DNA from: an uncultured Collinsella sp.
Lineage (GTDB): Bacteria > Actinomycetota > Coriobacteriia > Coriobacteriales > Coriobacteriaceae
Reading direction: 5' to 3'
Length of the DNA stretch: 64,000 nucleotides
Assembly (NCBI GenBank): GCA_900549135.1
Contig: URNI01000001.1
Location: forward strand, 834-64,833
Notes under the pieces: model-generated
Told to the model about the DNA's origin: nothing
Databases searched by the model: none
What the model saw: the letters and a program-made list of their open reading frames with translations, nothing else
Position numbers and translations under genes: made by a program
Part shown: positions 9,693 to 18,870 of the stretch, one piece after another
Numbering within the stretch: the stretch's first letter is position 1
Layout: each line of letters begins with the position of its first letter

Positions 9693-10571
9693 ATGAACAA
9701 ACCGAGTGTTTCTGCCGGCGTCGTTGCCGGCGTTGCTCTGGGAGCCGCGGCGCTTGGTGCGGCCGCCGTCGCTGTTCGTGCTGCCTGTCTGCAGGTTGCG
9801 CGAACCCGCAATGGGTTGGCGCGTGTGAAGCGCGTGCACGACGAGGGCGGCGACGAAGTCCGCGTATTGGTGCAAGGCGGCGTCTACCAAAGTGCAAGCT
9901 ACGTTGGCGAGCGTTGGGCGGAGCCCGTCTTTACGTACTATCGTTCGTTTGACGACGTGTTTGAGGCCGAGGATGCGATGCGCGACGCTTACGGTCACGG
10001 TATCGACCGCATGCTTATGCTGGGCGGCGGCGGGTTTGCCTATCCTAAATTCGCCCTGATGTCGCACGAGGGCTTGCGCATGGACGTCATTGAGTACGAT
10101 GCCGAGATTACGCGCCTGGCGCGCCGCTGGTTCTACCTAGACGAGCTGGAGCGCGCGGCGGGCGATCGCCTGCGGGTGATAACCGCTGAGGCTCGCTCGT
10201 ATTTGGGTGTGACGAGCGTGGGCCATCGTCGCTACGACGTGGTCGTGAGCGATTGCTTTGGCGGTGCCGAGCCCGTGCGCGAGCTGGCGACCGTTGAGGC
10301 GTTGCGTCTAGTGCGGGGCGGCCTGAACCCCGGGGGTATCTACGTGGCCAATATCGTGAGCGCAAACGAGGGGAGCGATGTGACGTTCCTGCGCGATTGC
10401 GTTGCCACGGCACTCGAGGTGTTCGCTCGCGCCTGGGTGGTGCCTTGTGGCGATACGGAGTTCGGCGGCGAGGAGAATTATCTACTCATCGCCAGCGACG
10501 GCGACTACGCCTTTGCCGAAGCTGTGCCCTTCGACACCGACTTCCTCGGCACCGTCCTTCACGACAAGTAA
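9693..10571 (+). CDS. Spermidine-synthase-like SAM-dependent methyltransferase
   Basis: YQSA, MLGGGGFAYPK, VIEYD, YDVVVSDCF and LNPGGIYVAN. Starts immediately after the elp3 stop. Confidence 0.75.
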   Translation: MNKPSVSAGVVAGVALGAAALGAAAVAVRAACLQVARTRNGLARVKRVHDEGGDEVRVLVQGGVYQSASYVGERWAEPVFTYYRSFDDVFEAEDAMRDAYGHGIDRMLMLGGGGFAYPKFALMSHEGLRMDVIEYDAEITRLARRWFYLDELERAAGDRLRVITAEARSYLGVTSVGHRRYDVVVSDCFGGAEPVRELATVEALRLVRGGLNPGGIYVANIVSANEGSDVTFLRDCVATALEVFARAWVVPCGDTEFGGEENYLLIASDGDYAFAEAVPFDTDFLGTVLHDK

Positions 10572-10597
10572 GTCTCCCCGTCCCAAAAAGACTGGTC

Positions 10598-13042
10598 TTA
10601 GGCGTGGTCGCGCCAGCTGCGGACACGCTGCTTCATGCCTTCGATGTCGAGCACACCTTCGGCGAAGCCTTTGCGCACGAGCTCTTCGGGAACAAACTCG
10701 TCGTACCGATCAAAGTAAGGTACCTCGCCGGGATAGACGAGCTCGATGGGGTCGAAGTCCTTTTCGGCCTCGGCTGCGAGCACCTCAAAGAACGTCTCCT
10801 TGTCGGCCTTCATCTTGAACTGCATAAAGTATGGACGCGACGGATCGAGCCCGCGAAGGCCCAGCTTTGCGGCGCATTTAATCTTAAGCAAGCGCTCGAG
10901 TGCCAAAAAGGCGTAGCTGCCCAGCCAGGGGAAGAGCACCCAGGTGTCGCCACCCAGGTTGATGAGTGGCTTGGTCCCCGCGCCCGAAATCTCGGCCGTA
11001 TGGCGAGCCTGTGCAAGACGTGCCCGTGCGTTGCCCATGAGATACGGATATGCCGCATGCTCGTTGAGCGCCTTGCGCATGCGTTCGAGTACGTGTGTAT
11101 TGATGTCACCGGGGCAGTCGCCAAAGTAGGCCGGCACCCGGCCTTTGACCTGCGCGGCAAAGACGGTATGACGCTTCCAGTCCACTTCCTCGACGATCCA
11201 GCAATGGCCCGCGATGGCGATGCGCTCGCCAGGTGGTGGCGGGTTGACAATCGTGCCCAGTTCGGCCGATTCGCTACGAACGGTAAACTCCTCGTTCTCC
11301 TGGAACACGGCGTAGAACTTAAAGTTGTTGATGATGCGCTCACCCGCGAGGCCCACGATGAGCCCGCCGCTCTCGGTGACCTGGATGTGGTCGATCTTGA
11401 TGAGGTGGCGCAGCAGTACGCGATAGTCATCGGCCGAGACGCGGTGGAAATAGCTCAGCGTGAGCACGCGCTGGGCAAGCTCTGCCGGCGTGAGTTCGCC
11501 GGTGCTGGCAAGCGTCGACATAGTCTGGTGGTAGAGCAGGCTGTAGGGGAGTCGATCGAGCTCGGGCGGCTCGACCCACTTTTCCTCGCGATAGAGTTGT
11601 ACGAGCGCGATGCCCTGCAGGAGCTTCCACGGAATGGTCTCGGGCATCATCGTGCGCGGCTCGGGTTCTTCCTCGCGCATGACAAACCACATCTCGGGCG
11701 GAAGGTCGCGACGGCCTGTGCGCCCCATGCGCTGCAAAAAGGAGCTGACGGTAAACGGCGCGTCAATCTGGAAGGCGCGCTCCAGGCGGCCGATATCGAT
11801 ACCGAGCTCCAGCGTAGAGGTGGTGACGGTTGTCTGCGCCTGCTCCTCGTCGCGCATGAGCTCCTCGGCCGTCTCGCGCAGCGATGCCGAAAGGTTGCCG
11901 TGATGGATTAGAAAGCGGTCGGGCTCGTGTCGACTTTCGCAGTAGCTGCGCAGCATGGAGCACACAGCCTCTGCCTCCTCGCGCGAGTTGGCAAAGACCA
12001 GGCACTTGCGGCCGCGCGTATGCTCAAAGATATACCCCATGCCAGGGTCGGCGTTGTCGGGCGCCGTGTCGGTGGGGTTGAGGAGCGTCTGCTCGGTGGC
12101 CCGGGGGATGTCGACTTCGCCCTCGGGGGCCGAGGAAGTGCGACGGTCTTTGGGAGCGGCCTTGCCCCGTGCCCGTTCACGACGTTGACGGCGCTCCTCT
12201 TGTGTGAGCTGTCCGCTGTGACGCATGTCTTGGGCGCCGGCGGACAGTGCCGCGGGTGCCGCTGCCTCAATGCGCTCGCATGCAAGCACTTCGGCCTCTT
12301 GAGGACCCATGTTCTCGAATCCTCGTTGCTGAGCCTGGGGGCCAGAGTTGTAGAAGTGCTCCATGGAGATGCGCCACACGCGGCGCGGTTCCTCAAAGCG
12401 GGGGATAACGCAGTCGCGCCCCGTTCCCTGTGAGAGAAAAGCGCCCGTGCGCTCGGGGTCGCCGATGGTAGCCGAAAGACCAATGCGGCGAGGTTGCACG
12501 CCGGCCATGCGCGAGAGTCGCTCGATAAGGCAGAGCGTCTGACCGCCGCGGTCGCCGCGCATGAGCGAATGGACCTCGTCGATAACCACATAGCGCAGGT
12601 CGCAAAACATACGAGGGATTGCCATGTGCTTATGGATCAGGAGCGCCTCGAGCGACTCGGGCGTAATCTGCAAGATACCGCTCGGTTTTTTGATGAGCTT
12701 AGCCTTGTGCGACTGCGAGACATCGCCATGCCAGTGCCAGACGGGGATGTCGGCCTCTTCGCAGAGGTCGTTGAGGCGGACGAATTGGTCGTTGATGAGC
12801 GCCTTGAGGGGGCCAATGTAGAGGGCGCCCACGCTTGCGGGCGGCCTCTCCCAAAACTCGGTCAGGATGGGAAAGAAGGCTGCCTCGGTTTTGCCGGAAG
12901 CTGTGGATGCCGTCAGGAGTACATTGTCTTGTGTGTTAAAGATGGCATCTGCCGCCGCAACCTGGATAGAGCGCAGGCTCTCCCAATCGTGGGAGTAGAT
13001 GAAGTCTTGGATAAACGGGGCGTAGCGGTCAAAGGCGTTCAC
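10598..13042 (-). CDS. sngC: Lhr-like DEAD/DEAH helicase (Shango SngC-like)
   Basis: ASTASGKTEAAFFP, ITPESLE, DEVH, GLSATIG, HHGNLS, TSTLELGIDIG and QRMGRTGRR. GTG start at 13042 with GAGAGGAGG RBS. Confidence 0.8.
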   Translation of the reverse strand: MNAFDRYAPFIQDFIYSHDWESLRSIQVAAADAIFNTQDNVLLTASTASGKTEAAFFPILTEFWERPPASVGALYIGPLKALINDQFVRLNDLCEEADIPVWHWHGDVSQSHKAKLIKKPSGILQITPESLEALLIHKHMAIPRMFCDLRYVVIDEVHSLMRGDRGGQTLCLIERLSRMAGVQPRRIGLSATIGDPERTGAFLSQGTGRDCVIPRFEEPRRVWRISMEHFYNSGPQAQQRGFENMGPQEAEVLACERIEAAAPAALSAGAQDMRHSGQLTQEERRQRRERARGKAAPKDRRTSSAPEGEVDIPRATEQTLLNPTDTAPDNADPGMGYIFEHTRGRKCLVFANSREEAEAVCSMLRSYCESRHEPDRFLIHHGNLSASLRETAEELMRDEEQAQTTVTTSTLELGIDIGRLERAFQIDAPFTVSSFLQRMGRTGRRDLPPEMWFVMREEEPEPRTMMPETIPWKLLQGIALVQLYREEKWVEPPELDRLPYSLLYHQTMSTLASTGELTPAELAQRVLTLSYFHRVSADDYRVLLRHLIKIDHIQVTESGGLIVGLAGERIINNFKFYAVFQENEEFTVRSESAELGTIVNPPPPGERIAIAGHCWIVEEVDWKRHTVFAAQVKGRVPAYFGDCPGDINTHVLERMRKALNEHAAYPYLMGNARARLAQARHTAEISGAGTKPLINLGGDTWVLFPWLGSYAFLALERLLKIKCAAKLGLRGLDPSRPYFMQFKMKADKETFFEVLAAEAEKDFDPIELVYPGEVPYFDRYDEFVPEELVRKGFAEGVLDIEGMKQRVRSWRDHA

Positions 13043-13123
13043 GGGGCCTCCTCTCAAAAACGAATCTCTCAACGCGGTGGGCAGTGGCTTGCTGCATTAC
13101 TGCCTCGACGTTTGCCCAGATAA

Positions 13124-13160
13124 AACCTGCCAAAATAAACCTGTCCCTTTTTGGCAGGTT
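13124..13160. repeat. Short palindrome AACCTGCCAAAA-N13-TTTTGGCAGGTT
   Basis: 12-bp perfect inverted repeat with a CCTGTCCC motif in the loop, between the ATPase and helicase genes. Confidence 0.6.
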
Positions 13161-14463
13161 AGATGGTGAATTCGGCGAAGTTACGGTCGCCGTCTGCGGT
13201 GCCGGTGTCGCCTGTTGCGGCTGCCGGCGCCAGCGCGTCGCCACCAACGCTTTGCAGCAGCTCCGCCACATTTGCATCGGGGTTCTGACACAGGATATCG
13301 AGCAGTTCGATAAAGTCACGAATGACTTCACGCGGCGTCAGATGCGTGTCGGCTCCCACACGACCGAACTCGATCTTGAGGAAGTCCACCAAGTCGTTCT
13401 CGGTAAGCGTGGGCGTCCAGCCAAAGTAGCCGGCGTGAATTTGCATGAGTTTTTCGATCAGCACCAGCAACTCCTCATAGGTGAGTGGCTGCAGGCGGAT
13501 GATGGGCGCGAGCATGTCCTTAAGGTCCTCGCGCGCAAAGCGGCCCTGAGCGAGTCGGCTGCGCAGGGCCTCGTAGGAGAACACGCCTCGGCGGCGGTCT
13601 TCGATAGAGGTTGGAGTGCCGCCCATGATCATGCCCAGGTACTGCGCCTTGCCCTGGAGCGTGTCGTTGTACATAGTCAGGATCTTCTCGTAGTTGTATT
13701 GGCGCGTGATCGCGTTGGGAATCTTGTACAGATTCACGAGTTCGTCGATGAGCACCAGCATGCCCTTGTATCCGCTGCAGACCAAAAAGCGTGCAATGAG
13801 CTTAACGTAGTCGTACCAGTCGTCATCGCTGATGATGGTCGAGGAGTCCAGCTCAGCGCGTGCCTCGCTCTTGGTGCGGTACTCGCCGCGAATCCATTTG
13901 GTCACGCGACTCATAGCTGCTTCGTTGCCCTCCGAGACAGCCATGCGATAGCGGCGGAGCATGCGGGCGAAGTCGAAGCCGTGGACCATTTCCTCGAGCG
14001 GGGCCAGTTGGGCATTGACGACCGACTCGTCGACGTCGGAGCACGAGGCGACCCAGCGATCCAAAATAAGGTTGAGCGCACCGCCCTCGGGGCGCGTCTT
14101 GGTCGATATATTGCGGATGAGCTCGCGGTAGGTGGCAAGGCCCTGTCCCTGACCGCCCTGCAGACGGCGCTCGGGCGACAGGTCGGCATCAGCGACGACG
14201 AATCCCTCGCCCATGGCGTGCGTGCGGATGGTCTGGAGCAAAAAGCTCTTGCCGGCGCCGTAGCGACCGACTAAAAAACGGAAGCTTGCGCCGCCATCGG
14301 CGATGAGACTCAGATCGGTAAGCAGGGCGCGGATCTCGACCTCGCGCCCTACGGTGATGTAAGGAAGGCCGATGCGCGGGACCACGCCGCCCTTGAGCGA
14401 GTTAAGGATAACGGCGGCGACGCGTTTGGGTACACGGGGCGCTGCGGATGCGGTATCACTCAT
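13159..14463 (-). CDS. sngB: DUF2791/BrxD-like P-loop ATPase (Shango SngB-like)
   Basis: SLKGGVVPRIGL, Walker A GRYGAGKSF, LSPERRL, Walker B LVLIDE and YEALRSRL. Confidence 0.8.
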   Translation of the reverse strand: MSDTASAAPRVPKRVAAVILNSLKGGVVPRIGLPYITVGREVEIRALLTDLSLIADGGASFRFLVGRYGAGKSFLLQTIRTHAMGEGFVVADADLSPERRLQGGQGQGLATYRELIRNISTKTRPEGGALNLILDRWVASCSDVDESVVNAQLAPLEEMVHGFDFARMLRRYRMAVSEGNEAAMSRVTKWIRGEYRTKSEARAELDSSTIISDDDWYDYVKLIARFLVCSGYKGMLVLIDELVNLYKIPNAITRQYNYEKILTMYNDTLQGKAQYLGMIMGGTPTSIEDRRRGVFSYEALRSRLAQGRFAREDLKDMLAPIIRLQPLTYEELLVLIEKLMQIHAGYFGWTPTLTENDLVDFLKIEFGRVGADTHLTPREVIRDFIELLDILCQNPDANVAELLQSVGGDALAPAAATGDTGTADGDRNFAEFTI

Positions 14464-16216
14464 GGTCTAGGTATCCTCTCACGTCTGCTTTGTAGTCCTC
14501 GATAATCTGCGGCCCTGCCGCGCTAAATTCAATTACGGTGTCACCCACCAGGTCAAAGAGCGCCTCGTTGATGCTATCGACGAGCATGTCCTCGCTCTGT
14601 CCCGAGTGCGCCACTGCCGATGTCGCTTGCGCTGCGTTTTGCTCGAGCAGTGCGCGAAGGAAGGCATCTGCGGCGGGCGCGAGTTCGTTTGTGGCTTCAG
14701 CGGGCGCAGCAGCTGCGAACGCGGGCGTCGGCGCGAGAAGCGGTGCCACGACACCAAACTGTTCGGTGGATATGGTCGGCTCGTCGGTCACGTCCTGCCG
14801 AATGGGTGTCACGACCGGTTCGACAATCGCGTCGGTTACGGGCTCGGCTTCCGGTTGCCCTGAGTCCGCTGCCTCGGCTTCTGCGGACGCGCCGTCCTCG
14901 CGTTCCTCGTCGATCAAAAGCGCTTCGCGCGTTTGCGCAGCGGCGCTCCGAATGTGCCCCAGCTGACTCAGATCGATATCGATCTTGACGGGCTGGTGTG
15001 CGGCGTCCCACGAAAGCCATGCCACAATCTCGTCATCGATAATCTTGGCCAGATATTTGGGGACCTTTTCTTCCTTAAGGGGATGGGCGGGGTCCAGCGC
15101 CAGGCGCAGGCGTTGGTCGCAGGCGCGCATCATTTCACCGAGCTTGCTGCTCTTTTGCCTACTACCGTGGATACGCATGCATTCCCAAAAGCCGTTTTGG
15201 CAACGGTAGATATGGATAGGATCCAGGCGGTATTCGCAGTCCTCGTGGCGCTCGGGCGCAAAGAATACGGCCGAGGCAAACATGGTGTAGGGCATGGCCG
15301 TCTCCTCCCCAAATAAACTCGTCACGATGCCGGTCTTTCGGTGCGTGTCATAGTAGCGCGCCATGCGGACATACACGGCGCATGCCACGTGGCGCAGATC
15401 GCGGTGGTGGCTGCGGTCGAGCCGCGAGTTACTTAGGTTGTACGTGGAGAGGGCGTTGATGGCGGCCATGAGTCGCTCCTCGCGCACCTCATCGGGCGGA
15501 AGGGGGAGCGTGGGCTCGGGGGTTTTGCGACGCTTAGGGGTCTGGCCGGACGGTGCCGGTGCCGGTACAAGGTCTCGTGCCGCGCGTCGCAGCTCGATAA
15601 GGGCGTTATCGAACATGACGGTTTTAGAGTCGCGAAGCAGCTTGGGGTCGAGCCCATGGAACACAGCGTAATCCTGCAGCCACACGCGCGCAAACCGGTC
15701 GATGCCGGGCTCGAAGGCGCGATAGACATCCCAAAAAGCCTTGATCTTGTTAAAACCATCGAGCGGATTATCTACGCCAATGCCGCAAATCAGCTCATAG
15801 AGATACAGAAAGGCAAAGGACGTAGACGTTTCCTCGACGGTTCCGCGGCGCACTTGGGCACGCCAGGTAAAGTAGCCGCGCAGCTGCCGGTCGCTCATGG
15901 CGTTGTAGGTGGGAAAGTACGACTTAAAGGTGCCGCTGTAGGGGCAGTCGTCCTCAAAATCGGCCATCAGCAAGCCTTGGCGGTAGAAAAGCTCGGCCTC
16001 CGATAGCCAGCGGCCCGCGCCGCCCTTGGGGTCATCCTGCCAGCGCGATATCTCGCGCATCTTGCGGTATTGGTCGGGGAGGAAATTCTGCATCTGTCGG
16101 CCGGTTTTGAGAATCGGCTCGTCTGCGTAGATTTCGTTTGAGAAGCGGGCGGACTGATGGGTCCGGGCCTCGGCCATAATGCGCTCGATGAGCATCTTGA
16201 TGTCCTGGTCGGCCAC
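14456..16216 (-). CDS. sngA: TerB_N/TerB_C domain protein (Shango SngA-like)
   Basis: TerB_N-like YFPTYNAMSDRQLRGYFTWR and FLYLYEL; TerB_C-like LVDSINEALFDLVGDTVIE. GTG start with GGAGAGGAG RBS; overlaps the ATPase start. Confidence 0.75.
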   Translation of the reverse strand: MADQDIKMLIERIMAEARTHQSARFSNEIYADEPILKTGRQMQNFLPDQYRKMREISRWQDDPKGGAGRWLSEAELFYRQGLLMADFEDDCPYSGTFKSYFPTYNAMSDRQLRGYFTWRAQVRRGTVEETSTSFAFLYLYELICGIGVDNPLDGFNKIKAFWDVYRAFEPGIDRFARVWLQDYAVFHGLDPKLLRDSKTVMFDNALIELRRAARDLVPAPAPSGQTPKRRKTPEPTLPLPPDEVREERLMAAINALSTYNLSNSRLDRSHHRDLRHVACAVYVRMARYYDTHRKTGIVTSLFGEETAMPYTMFASAVFFAPERHEDCEYRLDPIHIYRCQNGFWECMRIHGSRQKSSKLGEMMRACDQRLRLALDPAHPLKEEKVPKYLAKIIDDEIVAWLSWDAAHQPVKIDIDLSQLGHIRSAAAQTREALLIDEEREDGASAEAEAADSGQPEAEPVTDAIVEPVVTPIRQDVTDEPTISTEQFGVVAPLLAPTPAFAAAAPAEATNELAPAADAFLRALLEQNAAQATSAVAHSGQSEDMLVDSINEALFDLVGDTVIEFSAAGPQIIEDYKADVRGYLDHE

Positions 16217-16253
16217 CGCTTCTCCTCTCCTAACGCAGCTTCGGTGACCTCAT

Positions 16254-16283
16254 ATCATAGCACAGCATCAAACAGGTGTTCGA
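16254..16283 (-). promoter_or_regulatory. Promoter of the TerB-ATPase-helicase operon with LexA(SOS)-box-like operator
   Basis: Minus-strand extended -10 TGCTATGAT (16262-16254). Adjacent TCAAAC-AGGT-GTTCGA (16268-16283) is 1 mismatch from the actinobacterial TCGAAC-N4-GTTCGA consensus. Confidence 0.6.
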
Positions 16284-16304
16284 GATACTGCTGCGTAGAT
16301 AGAT

Positions 16305-17021
16305 TTAGAACAGGAGGGCGTAGATGACGGCGATGACGACGGAGGGGAGCATATTGGCCGTGCGGAAGGTCTGAGGACGGATGAGGTTGACGCCGACGCA
16401 GAAGATGAGCATGGAGCCTACGAGCGAAAGGCTGTCGAGGGCTGCCGTAGTCATGATGGGGGAGAGTGCGCCGGCAAACAGCGTAATCGTCCCCTGGAAC
16501 ACGGCGACGGGCAGGGCGGAGAAAATGCAGCCGCGGCCAAGCGACGCCGTCATGGTGCAGACGATGATGCAGTCCAATGCGCCCTTGAGGGCAAGCGTTG
16601 ACCAGTCACCGAGCAGACCGTCCTGGATCGATCCCACAATGGCCATGGCGCCGATACAGACGGTCAGCGATGTCGAGACAAAAGCGTTGGTGAACTCGTT
16701 ATCGCCCTCGCTGCCGGTTTTGCGCTTGAGCCATTCGCCAAGGTTTTCAATGGCGGCCTCCAAGTTGATGGCCTCGCCGATGAGCGAGCCAAGGGCGAAC
16801 GAGACAATGAGCATGGTGGTACCGGTGGTCGCCAGCGCCTTTCCATCGATGATGAGCATCTTTTGCATGGTGCCGCCCAGGCCGATAAACAGGACGCACA
16901 GCCCCGATGCTTTCATGAGTGTGTCTTGGATGCGCGGTGTAATGAAGCGGCCGCCCACTAATCCCAAAAGACCGCCCGCAACTAAAAGCACAACGTTGAT
17001 GATTGTTCCCAAGCCCGGCAT
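16305..17021 (-). CDS. DUF554 family membrane protein (YqgA/YdfK-like)
   Basis: GLGTIINV, CIGAMAIVGSIQDGL.GD, KGALD and ANMLPS; multiple TM helices. AGGAGG RBS before ATG 17021. Confidence 0.85.
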   Translation of the reverse strand: MPGLGTIINVVLLVAGGLLGLVGGRFITPRIQDTLMKASGLCVLFIGLGGTMQKMLIIDGKALATTGTTMLIVSFALGSLIGEAINLEAAIENLGEWLKRKTGSEGDNEFTNAFVSTSLTVCIGAMAIVGSIQDGLLGDWSTLALKGALDCIIVCTMTASLGRGCIFSALPVAVFQGTITLFAGALSPIMTTAALDSLSLVGSMLIFCVGVNLIRPQTFRTANMLPSVVIAVIYALLF

Positions 17022-17139
17022 GAGCCCTCCTGTATTGATGCCAACGTGGCAATCGTAGCAGAGTGGAATGCGAGGTACATCGCGACTCATCTAATACGTT
17101 ATATAAGTGGTATTAGGAATGATGCGCGGCATTTAAGCC

Positions 17140-18570
17140 TCAGGTGGTTGTCGGGACATAGGGATAGTATTCAAAGCGCAGTGTCATAAGCCGCTGTGGG
17201 GATTCAATAGCCGCGGCGATGATATTGGCATCGCGGGCACGATCAAACCCTTCGAGTTCGATCTGATACGAGACGTCTTGCATAATGTCCAGACGTCGCC
17301 AGGCCAGGAGTGTGTCGCCATCGAATTCCAAGGTCTTGCCTCCGTCTGGGGGAACGGCGTATAGGCGCAGCTTGGCGGTGGTTGCAGGGCCGACAACCGT
17401 GATCTTTTTAATTTCGTTTCGAGTATTCTTGGCGCCCAACAAGGTGAGCAGTGTTGGGGCCACGACCTCGCCCGATGGCAAAAAGACGACTTCGATGGAT
17501 TCAGGAAATGCGATGATAGCCGACTTGCGGACGGGCTGATTGGCGGCGGCAACTTCGATGTTCGCAGCGTCGATGACCTCTGTGTGGTCGAGCGCGGCAA
17601 GCACGCAGCAGTTACCTTCATCGATCTCTTGAGGATCAGCAAGCCCCAGACTGTTCGCGAGCTCGGGATCGTTTGGATCGGCAGCGGGCTCATTCGGCGC
17701 TTCGAAAGAAGCTGGGACGCTGTTTGTCGGCGACGGCGTGTCGCCCGCACCTGCTTCTTTGTCCGCGCTCTCTTCTTGTATGGTTGCGTTGATGGGTTCG
17801 TCGTTTGGGGGGAGCGTCTTGGCGTCAAACGCGGAGGGGAGAATTCCGATGGCTCCTGATCCGTTCCACTCCATTTCGAGAAGCGCCGGGTCGGCAAGAA
17901 TGCGTTGCCTGCTTTGCGCGTGGGCATCGATTTCAATAGGGCCTGCCTCTATCCCTCGTGTAAGGCTGAGTGATCCGGCTGGCTTCTCGAAATGAGCGTC
18001 TGTGTCTTTGGTACTGACGGCGTAGAACAGCAGGGACGCTTCTCCCGCCGCGATGGCATCGGTACCGGCTTTGGTCAGCCGCAACGATGCCGTGAATGAG
18101 AGGGTGGGCTGCGTGTCGTCTGCATTCGCGGCGGCGCAGCCCAGACATATACCGCCTCCTTTCTCAAAAAACGTACCGTCGAAGGCGACCTTCGCTCCGT
18201 TCGCCGAGTCATCGACCGAAGCGATGTCGATGCGCAGCTCTAAATTGCATGGATCGCCATCTGCATCGAGCACAACCGAGCGCCACGTGCAGACGGCGCA
18301 CCCCGCCTGGGAGCCGTTTGCCTTGTTCGAACGATTGATATCCACGACTATCGAGCCGTCCGTATTACGACGAAGGCATCCCGAGGTTGAGATTGCGGCC
18401 TGTGCGATCGAAAAACGCTTGCACGCAATGGCGCTCGACGGATTTGGTGCGGAGCTTAGGGCCGCTGGTAAGGAGTCTGCCATGACAGGAGTCGCCCAAG
18501 CGGCGACAGGCGTTCCGGTTGCGAGCGCGCCGCAGAGTGCGACGACGGGCAAAAGGTTCTTCGATGCCAT
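17140..18570 (-). CDS. Secreted hypothetical protein, two predicted domains joined by a P/E/A-rich linker
   Basis: Signal-peptide-like N-terminus (..GTPVAAWA) and AAGGAG RBS. C-terminal segment FPESIEVVFLPSGEVVAPT resembles VPTVIPFVAKADGTLQGPS of the 199-aa neighbour. Confidence 0.6.
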   Translation of the reverse strand: MASKNLLPVVALCGALATGTPVAAWATPVMADSLPAALSSAPNPSSAIACKRFSIAQAAISTSGCLRRNTDGSIVVDINRSNKANGSQAGCAVCTWRSVVLDADGDPCNLELRIDIASVDDSANGAKVAFDGTFFEKGGGICLGCAAANADDTQPTLSFTASLRLTKAGTDAIAAGEASLLFYAVSTKDTDAHFEKPAGSLSLTRGIEAGPIEIDAHAQSRQRILADPALLEMEWNGSGAIGILPSAFDAKTLPPNDEPINATIQEESADKEAGAGDTPSPTNSVPASFEAPNEPAADPNDPELANSLGLADPQEIDEGNCCVLAALDHTEVIDAANIEVAAANQPVRKSAIIAFPESIEVVFLPSGEVVAPTLLTLLGAKNTRNEIKKITVVGPATTAKLRLYAVPPDGGKTLEFDGDTLLAWRRLDIMQDVSYQIELEGFDRARDANIIAAAIESPQRLMTLRFEYYPYVPTTT

Positions 18571-18588
18571 GGGGTCTCCTTAGCTAAT

Positions 18589-18870
18589 TTAGTGCGGCCT
18601 GTTCATGTTTTGTTTCTGGCTGTGTTTGATGTGCAGACCGAGGCCGGCGGTTCCCGCGCCTGCTGCTGCGGCGCCTGCTGCCAAGAGCCATCGTTTGTCG
18701 CCTGTCTGCGCCAACGGTTCCTCGCGGTCGCTGCGGTCGAGCTCCGAGAGGTCGACCGTCACTTGCGTGGCGGCCTGCGCCTGTTCTTGCTGGGCAAAGG
18801 CCATGGCTGGCCCAAACGCTAGGATGCTGACGGCGGCGGCCAGGGCGACGGCCTTATGCCGTGTGCGCAC
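18589..18870 (-). CDS. Small sortase-anchored protein (LAQTG sorting signal)
   Basis: Signal peptide ending PAMAFA, then LAQTG-DKRW, a hydrophobic helix and a basic tail. The GTG start at 18870 is inferred. Confidence 0.65.
   Translation of the reverse strand: MRTRHKAVALAAAVSILAFGPAMAFAQQEQAQAATQVTVDLSELDRSDREEPLAQTGDKRWLLAAGAAAAGAGTAGLGLHIKHSQKQNMNRPH

Noticed and set aside
13159..14463. BREX system (BrxD-like ATPase)
   Set aside because: No pglX, pglZ or brxC; the neighbours fit the Shango triad.
17091..17116. CTAATAC-N12-GTATTAG palindrome upstream of the DUF554 gene
   Set aside because: A 7-bp arm in a single copy could be chance; no regulator can be assigned.
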